Origin: Prasinococcaceae sp. CCMP 1430
Lineage: Eukaryota > Plantae > Prasinodermophyta
NCBI GenBank assembly: GCA_013416795.1
Contig: RQSC01000002.1
Coordinates: 158,351-222,350 of the forward strand
Length of the DNA: 64,000 bases
Direction: 5' to 3'
Below the pieces are notes generated by a model. The model saw only the letters and a list, made by a program, of their open reading frames with translations, did not search any database and was not told where the DNA came from. Numbering within the stretch: position 1 is the stretch's first letter; every line of letters begins with the position of its first letter. Made by a program: the position numbers and the translations under genes. Positions 21,108-32,432 of the stretch are shown here, piece by piece.

Positions 21108-24100
21108 CTACGGAGTGCCGCCCTCCTCGGCCGTCGCCGTCTTAGCCTCCTCCGCCTCCCACGTCTTCGCAATGGCGTACTGCAGAGTCACGGCGAAGGC
21201 CCACCTGCGCAGCAGGCCGAGAGGCTTGGAGGCTTCGAGAGCCTCCGAGTGGCTGACCGTCTCGAGGATCTTCGTGCACATGGTGAGGCGCTTGGCGCGC
21301 TTGGGCAAGAGCAGCTCCCGGATGTCGCGATGCAGCGCGGCCTTCATGTCGTTGAGGAGGCTGGTCTTGCTGCGCAGGTTGAGTTCCATGCCAAGCCTGC
21401 ACAAGTGCCACAGTTCGTCACGCTCCGCGGGATCGACCGGAATTAAAGTTTTCGAGTCGAGCGCCCTTTTGATGCCTGGCTTACCAACAACCAGCAGCGA
21501 TGCAGCCACCACCCTGAGGACGTCCTCCGGCGGGTCTCTGTACGATCTGATCTCCTCCAAATCCCTCATCATGGTCTTGAGCACGCGTGTGACGTGGACG
21601 GCGATGCCCTGCAGCGCAAAGGACGCCTCATCGAGCGGCATGAGCTTGCCAGATGCCACGATCGCCTCCACGCTCTCGTCTGACTCGAGCACGCCGGTGA
21701 TCCACGCCCATCTTTTGCGCCAAACTTTACGCGCGACTGACATCGCTTCGTTCATGACCTCCATCGCCTGCTGTACATGTGCAGACGTTGCGTGTGGCGC
21801 ACTCCGAAGGTCCCAGGAGAACACGCCCCAGCTCACGCGTTCGTCGCTCATGGGCAGCAAGAGAATCTTCCCGACGTGGCGTGCCTCTCCGTGCTTGTAG
21901 CACTTCTGCTGCCCGATCACAATGCGCGCGGCGAGGCGCTCTTTCCCGTCGGCCAGCCCGTGCAACACGTCGCAGCCGCCCACGGGCTCCAGCTCTTCGT
22001 CTTCCTCCACCATCGAGCCCATGTCCGCCCGCACACGCACAGCTGTGCGGTTCGGCAGCGTCTCGGCGTACTCGCGGACGTATGAGCATAACTCGTCTTC
22101 GTCGTGGGCCTCACGCATCTTCGCAGCCGCCTCGCGCGCCAAGGTGACGATCATGTGCTCGTCGACGTCGTGGGCCGTGCCCGTCTGCTGGCCGCCGACG
22201 TTCGCGGCCGTCTTCCTATACAGATGCGCCGCGTCCGCCATGAGGCCCAGGATCGTGGCGGCGCGTTCGTACCCTCGTGCTGATGTATCCGCGTGGTGCT
22301 GCAGCGCACCGGCGGCGAGCAGGGCGGGCTGCGCCGACAGGATTGCCGCAGCAACGCGCGGGTCGGCGCTTTCGAGCGCGGCCGAAGCTGACGCAGGATC
22401 ATCGTCTGCGTCATCGAGGGATTCGAAGAGTGCTCGCGCGGCCCCCTCGGTCCCTGCGCTGGCGTCCACGTGGTTCGAGTTGAGCTGTTCCCTCAGCGCT
22501 GCAACTTCCGCCGCGTCGGCGAAGTCCGCTGACAAGGAGAGCGCCTCCTCGCGTTCGTGCTCGACCTTATCGGCCGCCTTGACCATGGCATCGACCTCGA
22601 CGTTGCCGCTCTTCCGCAACAGATAGCAAACCGCGCCCGCCATGGGCTGCGAGGTGCGTGCCAGCGCCTCGAACATGACGCCACGGTGGTCCGGGGCGAC
22701 GGCCTCGAGCGCTCTCGCCGCTGTCTCCGGCAGCATGTGCGCCGCCATTTCGCCCAGATCCTCTGGATCCTGCAGCGCGAGACACTCCGTAATGGGCCCT
22801 TCCACCGCCGCAGGCAACGACGACAGCGCGGTGGCCGCTTCCGAGCGGAGCATCCTGAGGATCATTTGCGCCGCCTCGGTGGTGCTCTTTTCTGCCGCAG
22901 CCGCCAGCCGGCCGGTGATCGAGTTCGGGTCGGGCGACTGAATTGACGGATCGAAAGCAAAGCGGGCGAAAGGCACGTCCAGGACCGCCGCCATGCGCCT
23001 CTTTGTACTCTGAACCTTTTGCAGCTGCGCGGCCTTGAGCGTCTCGGCTTGCGCTTTGGCATCCTCGATCGCCCTGGCGGCATCCCTAGTCGCGATGGCC
23101 TCGGCCTCCAGCGCGCGGGCTTGGGCGGCGCTCAGCGCCTCCTTCAGGACAGCGCGCTCGTCCCTCTCAGCTCTGAGCGCCGCCTTGGCGACGCTCAGGT
23201 CAGTCTCGCAGCGCTGGAAATCAGCCTTTGCCTGGTCGAGTGCCATCTCGAGCTCCTGGATGCGCTTGGTCGCTACGTCGAGCTCCGCCTGCTGCCTCTT
23301 GATTTGCTTTTCGTCCTCGGCATCATCATACGTCGCGATGGCGGCGATCGACTGACCGAGCGCCGCCTTCAGCTTCGCACGGACGGCCGCTTTCTTGGCG
23401 TCTCCCTCTACTTTGGCACGCTCCGCCTCAATGGCTGCTTTTAGCCAGCTGTCGAAGCCGACGTGGGCCGCCTTGAGCTCTGCGCGTGTCGCCGCGAGCT
23501 CGCGGCAGTAGTAGCTGAGATCGCCCGCGAGCATGTCTTGGAGCAGCGCCTGCAGGAGCGCGTTAAGCGGTTTGAGATCGCCGGGGCCTCGCGGCGCGAC
23601 CGTGCGCAGCCAGCGCGCGAGCTCGAGGATGTCGGCCTTGCCAAGCGGCGTCGTCCCCTTGCTGCCAACGGGAGGCGCCCCGCCAGGCTGCGCTGCCGCG
23701 GGCACCGTTTGCGCGGACAGGGGCGCACCCGCGCTCAGAATCTCCCACGCCACGCTCGCCGCGAGGCGCTCATCATCTGTGCCGCCCGTTGACGCATCCT
23801 CCACCGGCGGCCGCTCGAAGCCGAGCGCCCCGACGTCGAACGCGCCCGTCTGGTCTACGTTCACGCGCGCGACGGCTCCGTAGCTCAGGCGCTGGTACTG
23901 CGAGCGCCCGCAGCGAGGCAGCGCGGAGCGTTCGCTTACGATTAGCACGCGCACCCGCGTGCGCGCAGTGACGACACTCGTCAAACGCCCTCTGCCTCAC
24001 GACCCAACAGGTGCGCGCGGCCGAGGTCCGCTCTCGCTCCCTCGCTCCGGGCCGCCGCGCTACGTACCTCGTTGGTCCACTGCGTTCCGTCGGCGTCGTG

Positions 24101-24307
24101 ATGGAAGGCTGGCACCACGTCGTAGTGCCGCACTGCCGCGCTCGTCCAGCCGCCGCGTCCTCTGCCGTCGCCGAGGTCTCCAGCGGCGTTGAAGTAGTAG
24201 CGTCGCAGCAAGCCCGACTCGGACACCTCGGACTCGGTGCGCGACGTGCGCGAGAGGAGCGACGAGCGCGACGTTTGTCGGTGCAACGCTGGGGGCGGGA
24301 GCGCCAT
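21108..24307 (-). CDS. 1009-aa coiled-coil protein with a GAF-like segment and a C-terminal dynein-MTBD-like domain
   Basis: Exons 24307..24068 and 23897..21108 (phase-0 GT-AG intron). Long heptad region, then DLEEIRSYRDPPEDVLRVVAASLLVVG...ASKPLGLLRRWAFAVTLQY. The gene model is solid; the domain calls are by eye. Confidence 0.6.
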
Positions 24308-25567
24308 CTCGCGCCGTTCGGCCGCGGCGCCGGCGCCGGCCCTCGCTCGCCGCCCCGCCCGCGCGCGAGCCCGAGCTGTCTCGTTTTGCGGCGCGCTTTT
24401 TTTTTTTTCTGAGGCGCCGATCGGCGCGCGCGCACGCGCGCCTGCGGCAGGACGGGACCCGCCTTCACGCGGCGAGGGCTCCTGCTGCCAACCTCCCGTC
24501 CTCGCTCGCCGCCCCGCCCGCGCGCCCGCGCGCCGGCGCCCGCGGCGCGAGCAAGGACGGAGGGAAAGAGCCTCGCGACGGGGTGGGGGTGGGGGGGGAG
24601 CACCGCGCGTGAGCGGGCCGCTCTGGCAAGGGCGGGGGGGGGGGGTCCCGACACCCCACTACCTCGCCACTCCGCAGCTCCCGTGAGTGAGTGCGCTCGC
24701 GCTCGCGCGTGGAACCCTTACTACGTAACCACCTCCCCGGCGCCACGCGCGCGTTACCGGATCCGTCGCGTGCTCGCGCGCGCGCGCGCGCGGGTTGAGG
24801 CGCGCCCGCGGGGGAACCGCTGCGACGCGGGGCGGGCGCGCCCGCGGCCCACACGCGGCAAGGTCAAAGTCCATGGGGCGGAGGTACGGGTACATCATAC
24901 ATATGTAGGGTTTGCATACATCGCAAATGCAATGTCGGGTTTGGTGTCCCGAGGTCGGGAGGGGAGGTCGAGGGCGCGCACTCATCAGTCGGCGCCGGCG
25001 CGCCGTTCCCCGGCTGCGTGCCCCCGCTGCGTGCGCGGATCGCAGCGCAGACCGACCGACCGACCGACCGAGGGCGGCCGTGTGTGCACATCGCGCGAGC
25101 GACGCTGGCGAGTGGCGAGTGGCGTGAGGCGAGAATCTTCTTGGTGGGTGGGCGTGGGGGCACCATCAGTCAGGGTGAGTCGGTTCGGGGCTCGGCCAGG
25201 GCGGAACCCGGCCGGGCCCCGCCCGGCCAGCGGCCGTTGCCACGTGCGGGGGCCTGGCCGGTTGACGGACGGGTCGGGCTGGCTGGCCGGCGGGCAGATT
25301 TGACGGCGGCCGGATGGCGTGGCCGCTGGCCTCTGCAACGGCCACGGCCGCCGGGATCGGCAGCGGCACGCGTGGAGAGCCTCAAGGGGAGGCGGAAGAG
25401 GGGCGCACCATTCCCCGCGCGCTGCGCGCGTTTTGAATGGAGGAGCGTGCGTGAGCCGCGCGAGCCGCGCCTGTGCTGAGGTAGGCGCCCCGCGCGCGCG
25501 CGCGCGCACGCGCGCGCGTGCGCGCGCGCTCGCGTGCGCGTAGGGCGCCCTCGCCGGCGCGGGCGGC

Positions 25568-28030
25568 ATGGCGGTGGATGCTGAGGCCGGCAACGGCGGT
25601 CTGGAGAGGGCCAATCGTGGCGACGCCGGCGCCAGCGGAAGGTGCGCGGAGCAAGCGCACACGCACTCGCGGCATCGTGCGCGCGCGCGCGCCACGGCGA
25701 GGTTGCGGCCCCGCACGCATGCACCGAGCGGCCCTGCGCGCGCAGGCATAGGTGTGCGCCAGCGGGCACTGACGTCCGCGCTCCCTCGTGCGCTTGCGCG
25801 CAGCGGCGGCAGCCCCAATGCGGCGCTGTCGCGTTCGGACACGATGGCCGAGCGCATGCGCTCGCGAGGCGCTTTTCCGATGCCAACGCGCGACGAGATG
25901 CGCAAGCGGGTGCGCAGCCTGCTGCCCGTGCTCGAGTGGGGGAAAGACGTCTCCCGCGAGTCCTTGAAGAACGACGTCATCGCCGGTCTGACCGTCGGCT
26001 GCATGCTGGTTCCCCAGTCAATGGCCTACGCGCTCCTCGCCGGGATGCCCATGATCTACGGCCTCTACAGCTCGTTTGTGCCGCTCGTCGTGTATGGATG
26101 CTTGAACACCAGCCGCGTGCAGGCCGTTGGCCCCGTGGCTATGGATGCCATGATGACGGCGTCGGTGGCCACCAACATCCTCGGAACCGAGCGCGCGGCG
26201 CAGTGCGATCCGTTGGTTCCCTCGACGTGCGGAGAGTACATCGCGCTGGCGCTGTTGCTCGCATTCTTCACCGGTCTGTTGCAGATGTGCTTCGGCGTGT
26301 TCCACCTGGGCATCATAGTCAACTTCCTGTCGCACAGCGTCATGTCAGGCTTCACCTCTGCTGCCGCGCTCGTCATCGGCCTCTCGCAGTGCAAGTACCT
26401 GCTTGGCGTGGATGTGCCGCGCCAGACGTACGCCTGGCAGACTGTGTACAAGCTCGCGAAGGCCATACCTGACCTTGACCTGAACAACTTGCCGGTGGCC
26501 ATCATGTGCTGCGCAATCATCTATGGGCTCAAGTGGTGGAAGAAGACGCGGTACAAGAAGTCAAACCCGAGCAAGGCGCATCAATACTTCAAAATCGTGT
26601 GCGACCTGTCGGCGTTGATTAATACCGTCGTGGCTGCTGTGGTCACGTTCGTGATGTACAAGTCGGGGGTGGAGATTCCCATCGTCGGCGATGTACCCTC
26701 CGGGTTGCCCGCGCCAGAGTTGCCGGCATTCAATGACTTCACCGACTACGGGCAGGTGATATCGGGCGCGTTGATCATTGGTCTCATCGGCTTTCTAGAG
26801 CTCATTGCTATCGCCCAGACGTACGCCAGCGAGCGCGGCTACGAGGTGGACACGAATCAGGAGTTTCTGGCGCTGGGTGCGGGCAACATGCTGGGTAGCT
26901 TGTTCAGCTCGTTTCCCATTGGAGGGTCGTTCTCGCGCACGGCCGTCAACGGGTCATCAGGCGCGGAGACGCCATTGTCGGGCTTGATCACAGCCGCGGT
27001 CATCCTCCTCGCCGTGACAGCGCTGTCAAGCACATTCTTCTACATTCCCATGTGCTCGCTGGCGGCCATCGTTGTGGTGGCCGTGAAGGATCTCGTGAAG
27101 GTGAGCGACTTCAAGGAGGCGTGGCGCGTGTCCAAGGCGGATTTCGCGGTGATGTTGGCGTCTTTCGGCTTCACCTTTGGCCTCGGCGTGTGGCAGGGCA
27201 TCGCCGTGGGCGTGATCATTTCGCTGGCAATCACCGTGAAGCATTCGGCGTACCCAAACATCGCGTCGCTCGGGCAGGTGCCCGGTACACTCGTGTTTCG
27301 CGACATGCGCCAGCGCAAGGGCAAGTCGCGCCTCCTGACCTTCGATGGCGTGGTGCTGCTGCGCGTTGATTCTGAGCTCTACTTCGCCAACTGCGGGTAC
27401 GTCAAGAACCAAATCATGGAGCGCGTTAAGGAGGAGGATGCGCATGCAGTGATCCTCGACGCCGGCGGTGTCAACACCATCGACCTCAGCGGGCTCCACA
27501 TGCTCAGGGGCCTCGTCGAGGATCTCGAGCACAAGGGCGTGACGTTGCTGCTCGCGCATCTTAAGGAGCCCGTGCGCTTCAGCATGAAGAAGGCGGGCTT
27601 CTTTGAGCCGCTCTCCGACGGCGGGGTCATATCCAAGAGCCACTGCTTCTCGCACGTGAGCGACGCGGTCACCCAGGTGATGGGTGCCAAGGACATGAAC
27701 CTGCGCCACGCGCCCTCGCACAGAGAGCTCATGGCAATGTGGGAGGACAAGGAGCGCACTGACAACCTCGCCTCAAGCGCCGACGAGCTGGAGAGCGTCG
27801 CCGAGCAGACGAGTGCGCTCAACGCCGAGCAAAGGGCGCTCACAAAGAAGAAGCTCGACGTCAGCAGCGAGATGTCCGCAGAGCAGAAGGCGTACATCGA
27901 GCGGGAGCTCCAGCGCGGCTCGCTCAGCCAGAACCAGGGCAACGTCCTCGGCGCCGACAGCGTGGCTGTGTCCATCGACGAGGACAACAACAGCAGCGAA
28001 AAGGGCAAGGACATCAAGCGGCGAAAGTGA
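25568..28030 (+). CDS. SULTR: SLC26/SulP (SULTR) sulfate/anion transporter with a STAS domain
   Basis: DVIAGLTVGCMLVPQSMAYALLAGMP..YGLYSS, GFTSAAA, NQEFLALG, GSFSRTAVN, and STAS residues LYFAN and VILDAGGVNTIDLSG. Exons 25568..25641 and 25804..28030. Confidence 0.95.
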   Translation: MAVDAEAGNGGLERANRGDAGASGRCAEQAHTHSRHRARARATARLRPRTHAPSGPARAGIGVRQRALTSALPRALARSGGSPNAALSRSDTMAERMRSRGAFPMPTRDEMRKRVRSLLPVLEWGKDVSRESLKNDVIAGLTVGCMLVPQSMAYALLAGMPMIYGLYSSFVPLVVYGCLNTSRVQAVGPVAMDAMMTASVATNILGTERAAQCDPLVPSTCGEYIALALLLAFFTGLLQMCFGVFHLGIIVNFLSHSVMSGFTSAAALVIGLSQCKYLLGVDVPRQTYAWQTVYKLAKAIPDLDLNNLPVAIMCCAIIYGLKWWKKTRYKKSNPSKAHQYFKIVCDLSALINTVVAAVVTFVMYKSGVEIPIVGDVPSGLPAPELPAFNDFTDYGQVISGALIIGLIGFLELIAIAQTYASERGYEVDTNQEFLALGAGNMLGSLFSSFPIGGSFSRTAVNGSSGAETPLSGLITAAVILLAVTALSSTFFYIPMCSLAAIVVVAVKDLVKVSDFKEAWRVSKADFAVMLASFGFTFGLGVWQGIAVGVIISLAITVKHSAYPNIASLGQVPGTLVFRDMRQRKGKSRLLTFDGVVLLRVDSELYFANCGYVKNQIMERVKEEDAHAVILDAGGVNTIDLSGLHMLRGLVEDLEHKGVTLLLAHLKEPVRFSMKKAGFFEPLSDGGVISKSHCFSHVSDAVTQVMGAKDMNLRHAPSHRELMAMWEDKERTDNLASSADELESVAEQTSALNAEQRALTKKKLDVSSEMSAEQKAYIERELQRGSLSQNQGNVLGADSVAVSIDEDNNSSEKGKDIKRRK

Positions 28031-28237
28031 CGTGGGCGCACGCGCCGCACCCCGCGCTGCGCGACGAGCGCACGCGCGCCCCCGGGCCGCCGCCGCTGAA
28101 GCTAATACCTCGACCAGTCGCGTCCAGCCAGAGGGCCGCGCGCTCGAGCGAGCACGCGCCGCGCAACCCAGCCCCGATCGCACAGCGCCCGTCACATAGA
28201 CCAGGCGCCAGGTGACAGGGTGATCGGGGCGCGGAAG

Positions 28238-28240
<3 letters not shown>

Positions 28241-28281
<41 letters not shown>
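28241..28281. repeat. Poly(dT) tract, 41 nt
   Basis: Uninterrupted T run ending 42 nt before ATG 28323. Confidence 0.95.
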
Positions 28282-28322
28282 CGGGCGGGCGCCGCCCCGC
28301 GGCGAGGCCGCTCTGCGGCGCG

Positions 28323-31300
28323 ATGGCCGCTAGGCCGGCAACGGGAGGCGCGCCGGCGGGCGCACCCACGCACGACGGCACCTTCAGCAGCGAGATGGCG
28401 GAGCACCTGCCGCACGGGACCGCACTGGTGTCGCCTATGGCGGCCGCCGCTGCAGCAGGCCCCCTCGCTGCCGCTTTTCAGCGCTACGCGCGCCCCGACG
28501 GCACCGTCTCGAGAGCAGAGCTGCTCTTCGCGCTCACGGATCTCGACGCGGGCAGCCATCTTGGCGGTGCGGCGCGATCGGCTCGCGCCTTCGACGCCGC
28601 CCTATCGGGCGTCGCGCCGGCTGGGGTCGCGGATGCCGTTGACCGCAGGTACACTTTCGAGGAGTTTTGCTCGATGTATGCGAGCGTCCAGTACAAGGCG
28701 ATTGCTGGCGCGAGCTCGCCGCGCACAGATGCTACCACGACGCAGATGCGCGCGCTCCAGCGTAAGGTGCGCGACGTCTTCCGCGCCGTTGCCATCGCAG
28801 CGGATGATGCCGCCGAGGCGATCACGCCAATGAGTGCCCTTCGGCTACCCTTCGAGGCGTTCGAGCGTCTGTGTGTCTCCAGCAGCCTCGTCGATCGCAG
28901 GCTCTCAGAGACGGGCCTCGCGGTGCTCTTCGCGTCGGCGAAGAGCGAGCGCGACGAGCTCACCTTCGACCAGTTCTTAGGCGTGCTGTCGAGGATTGCA
29001 GAGATGAAGGGCATGCACCTGGAAGACCTCGCGCACCAGCTGCGATCCGCGGCGCGAGCGACCATCAACACCTACAAGGCCAAGCGTGATACCGGGAGAG
29101 CCGGCGGCGCCGAGAAACCTTCGACGGGGGCCCAAGCCGTAGCAGCAGCGATGGCGCACGCCGAGCACGGCGCACAGGCTGGAATCGTCGCCGAGAATGA
29201 CCGCCTGCATGAGGAGGAGATGCGCAGGCGCCGCGAGGCGCGCTGGGCGGCCCCGGTGTGGAACCAGAGCCCGGCCGCGCTCGGCAGGGGCGAGAGCAAG
29301 GATGTGCCCTCGCACATTGCCAGTGGCGGCAGGCCGTTCACAGCGCCGGCCGGCGGACGCTCGGGGGCGCTCACGCCCGCAGACGTCTTTCGCGCGCTGG
29401 ATGCGAAGGACACAGGCTTGCTCACGCGGGACGAGGCGGTCATGTTGCTCGCACAAATTCGAGTCTTCGACAATGCAGCATGCCAGGTTGCGGCTGACTC
29501 GGCCGCGCATGAACTCGCGAGGTCGCTGAGCGTGCGAGCTGGCCCCGGTACGCGTTGCGTCGGGTTCGACCAGATTTCTCAGCTGATCAAGGCCACCAGG
29601 CGCAAGTTGGCCCGCGAGAGCAAGGGTGCGCCCTCACCGCCAAAGCCGATGCAAGTGCCCGAGACAGTGCCGGAGGGCCTCCATGCTGCCTTCGTCAGCT
29701 TCGCGGTCAAGGCCAAGGCAGCCCAGGTCGTTGCGGCTGCCAATAGTGGTGTGCGCACGCCCGAGAGCAAGAGGTCTGCACGTTCTGCCCCCCCGCGCAT
29801 TACGATTGCGCAATTCCTGGACTGTTGCGCGTCCGCGCGGCTCGGGCTCGAGCCAGCCAGTGGTCGCGCAGACCCGCGCATCGTTGCGTTTGCGCGGTGT
29901 GCGGCGCCAGGCCGACGCACCCTTGATTTCCCCGCTTTCTGCGAGGCGAGTGCGCTGGTTGCGACTGAGGGTGGGAACGTTGCCGGCGGATTCGAGGAGG
30001 TGGCTGTGCGGATCATAGCGGCGAGCAAAGGCGTCGAGGCGGACATCGCCGCGTCTCCGGTGAAGGCAGCCGCTGCGAGCGGCACTGGCGGCGCAGCCGT
30101 CACCATCTCGCTGATCTTCGAGCGCTTTGCGCGCGACGGCCTGCTCAGCACAGCCGATGTGCCCTTTGCAATCGGCGATCTCGGACTCCTCGCCAACACG
30201 GAGAGCTCTGCGATTGGTGCATTCCTCTGCAGGGAAGTTTCGAAGCGCGCTGGAGCGAGCGCGCATGCCGCGTTGTCGCTGGACGACTTTGCAGCCCTGG
30301 TGGGCTCCGTGACGTCTGCGAGGGCATTGCCTCAATTCAGGCAGCCTGGGAGCGGTGCGGGCGATGCGGGCGCCCCGATGGTCCCACCGAGCACCTACAA
30401 GGGCCACGGACGCCTGAAGGCGGTATTTGACACCGCGGCGGCGGCGCAAGTCGCTTCGACGCCCGGCCTTGGGAGCCCTCTGTCGCCTGCCGACAAGGCG
30501 CGCGCGCTCTCCTTGGCGCAGTTCGTTCGCCTCTGCACAGACGCCGGCCTCTGTGGCGGCGAGGGCAAGACCTGCAGCCTCCCGACCTACGATGGGCTCA
30601 CGATTATCCACGCGCGCAGCCGCAAGGCCGCGCTTGAGACTAGCAGGGCGGAGGCGATGCCGTCCACCGATGGGCCTCTGTCGCCACGAACGCCACGCCA
30701 GCGCGGGGCGACACGCCGCCTCGGGTGGGCTGGATTCCTTGTTGCGCTATCGGATATCGCTCAAGCGCGGGATGTTGCAATGCTTCGCGTGGTTGATGCG
30801 GTGCTCAATCTTGCGCCTGCCACGCCCTCGCCGGTGCCTTCGAGCGCCCGAGCTAAGGCCAAGGCGAGCCCAAAGGGTACTCCCGCTGAGGCCCGCCTCG
30901 CGGCTCAGCGCAAATCTCCGTTTGCTACAAAGCCATCCAAACTCAGGCAGCCATCGCCTGGTGTCAAGTCACCCGAAAGCAGGACGCTCTCAGAGAGCAA
31001 AGCCGCGCGCGGGGCGGAGCAGCCGCAGCGGGCGAAACAGCAGAAGCAGCGGGCTGAGAAGGAGCGCGAGGCCGAGCATGACTTGGCCGAGCAAGCGCGC
31101 AGTGCGCTCGAAAATGCAGTAGAGAAGGCATTCGCGAAGCGAGCAGGCGCCTCGCCCGTCCTTGGCGCTGACGACATTGGACTCGTCCTGGTCGAGGCGG
31201 GCGCCCTCAGCCGTCAGGTTGGCCTGGGTTGTGCCGGCGAGGTTGCCAGCGTGCTCGCGCAGAGCAATGCGGCGATGGAACCGGTCGATGTTGCGACGGC

Positions 31301-32432
31301 AAAATCGCAGGCCCTCGCTGTGGCGGAGCTCGAGAGCGCGCGCGGGCAGGAGGCGGCTGCGATGGCCCCCACTCCCGAGTTGCGAGCATCCGACGCCGTG
31401 CGCAGGGCCTTTGACGCGACCGGTAGTGGCGAGCCATGCGTCGTGACTCCCGGGGGCTTCGCGCTCGTGTGCGAAGCGTGTGGCTGGGTGGAGGCGGGCA
31501 CACCGGGTGCGGGGGCGGCGGCGATCGCGATGGCGGCGGCGGCAGAGCCTGGCGCTGACGGTGGCGATTTGGAGGCATTCGCCACGGCGCTGGCTGCCAT
31601 CGGCCCTGCGGTCGGGTTTGCTACACCGGATGCTGTGCTGGGTGCCATTGAGGTACACTTCGCCGATTCCGACGAGCAGGCGGCGCCACTGGAGGCATCG
31701 GCCCCTGACGCTGCCGATGCGGTGCACGCATCCCCTCAAGTATCGCTCGAGGTGGACGACCTCGCTGTTGCCAACGCCTTCGCCGAGCACGGCACTGTGG
31801 GTGGCGCTGCGGGCGTCACCGCACGCGGGCTCTATCTTACGCTGGGCGACGCAGGCGTATTCGATGGCATCGATGCATCATTCGCCGGTGGCTTCTTGTA
31901 TGAGGTCATTACGAGCAACCCACCAGGACCGACAGGCATCCACCTCGACAACGCGCTCGTTCTCGCAATGGAGCTGCGACAGGCTGCCCAGGACGCTGGG
32001 GCGGGCGCGCCCCTGCCCCCCGAGATGCCTGCCAAGCTGCCCTTCGAGCGTATTCTGCGCAACACATTCATGCATTCGGTCAGCGCGCAGACTGGGGCGG
32101 TTAAGGATGCCATGACCAGCGGCACGATGATGCGACTTCTGAAGGGTTCGGGTCTGCTTGAAGATGGGAAGCCCTCCATGCGCGGCCTCGACGTCATCTA
32201 TTGCGTCGCGAGGAGGTCCGACGGTGCAAATCTCGGGTACGGTCGCTTCAGGCTCGTGCTCGCCCACGTCGCGCAGATCAAGGAGATGGAGTTCGGTGAC
32301 GTGGTCAAACGCGTCGCAGAGCGCTACGAGGCCTCGGTCGGTGGGCCGCTCGTGGCACAAGAGCAGGCTCGGCCGCTCGCCCTGCCGCCCGACAGCGGGT
32401 CGAAGGGGGGGTGTCGGTGCGCGATCATGTAG
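28323..32432 (+). CDS. 1369-aa multi-module EF-hand/p25alpha(TPPP)-like protein with a C-terminal CaaX motif
   Basis: Intronless ORF with recurrent p25alpha-like units (e.g. LFASAKSERDELTFDQFLGVLSRIAEMKG; LDVIYCVARRSDGANLGYGRFRLVLAHVAQIK) and EF-hand-like units (FRALDAKDTGLLTRDEA). Ends in GGCRCAIM-stop. Confidence 0.7.
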   Translation: MAARPATGGAPAGAPTHDGTFSSEMAEHLPHGTALVSPMAAAAAAGPLAAAFQRYARPDGTVSRAELLFALTDLDAGSHLGGAARSARAFDAALSGVAPAGVADAVDRRYTFEEFCSMYASVQYKAIAGASSPRTDATTTQMRALQRKVRDVFRAVAIAADDAAEAITPMSALRLPFEAFERLCVSSSLVDRRLSETGLAVLFASAKSERDELTFDQFLGVLSRIAEMKGMHLEDLAHQLRSAARATINTYKAKRDTGRAGGAEKPSTGAQAVAAAMAHAEHGAQAGIVAENDRLHEEEMRRRREARWAAPVWNQSPAALGRGESKDVPSHIASGGRPFTAPAGGRSGALTPADVFRALDAKDTGLLTRDEAVMLLAQIRVFDNAACQVAADSAAHELARSLSVRAGPGTRCVGFDQISQLIKATRRKLARESKGAPSPPKPMQVPETVPEGLHAAFVSFAVKAKAAQVVAAANSGVRTPESKRSARSAPPRITIAQFLDCCASARLGLEPASGRADPRIVAFARCAAPGRRTLDFPAFCEASALVATEGGNVAGGFEEVAVRIIAASKGVEADIAASPVKAAAASGTGGAAVTISLIFERFARDGLLSTADVPFAIGDLGLLANTESSAIGAFLCREVSKRAGASAHAALSLDDFAALVGSVTSARALPQFRQPGSGAGDAGAPMVPPSTYKGHGRLKAVFDTAAAAQVASTPGLGSPLSPADKARALSLAQFVRLCTDAGLCGGEGKTCSLPTYDGLTIIHARSRKAALETSRAEAMPSTDGPLSPRTPRQRGATRRLGWAGFLVALSDIAQARDVAMLRVVDAVLNLAPATPSPVPSSARAKAKASPKGTPAEARLAAQRKSPFATKPSKLRQPSPGVKSPESRTLSESKAARGAEQPQRAKQQKQRAEKEREAEHDLAEQARSALENAVEKAFAKRAGASPVLGADDIGLVLVEAGALSRQVGLGCAGEVASVLAQSNAAMEPVDVATAKSQALAVAELESARGQEAAAMAPTPELRASDAVRRAFDATGSGEPCVVTPGGFALVCEACGWVEAGTPGAGAAAIAMAAAAEPGADGGDLEAFATALAAIGPAVGFATPDAVLGAIEVHFADSDEQAAPLEASAPDAADAVHASPQVSLEVDDLAVANAFAEHGTVGGAAGVTARGLYLTLGDAGVFDGIDASFAGGFLYEVITSNPPGPTGIHLDNALVLAMELRQAAQDAGAGAPLPPEMPAKLPFERILRNTFMHSVSAQTGAVKDAMTSGTMMRLLKGSGLLEDGKPSMRGLDVIYCVARRSDGANLGYGRFRLVLAHVAQIKEMEFGDVVKRVAERYEASVGGPLVAQEQARPLALPPDSGSKGGCRCAIM

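Noticed and set aside
22650-22870. MgtE N-domain-like helices in the 1009-aa protein as a split partner of the MgtE gene
   Set aside because: The similarity is only a generic short helical pattern, with no CBS domains or other support.
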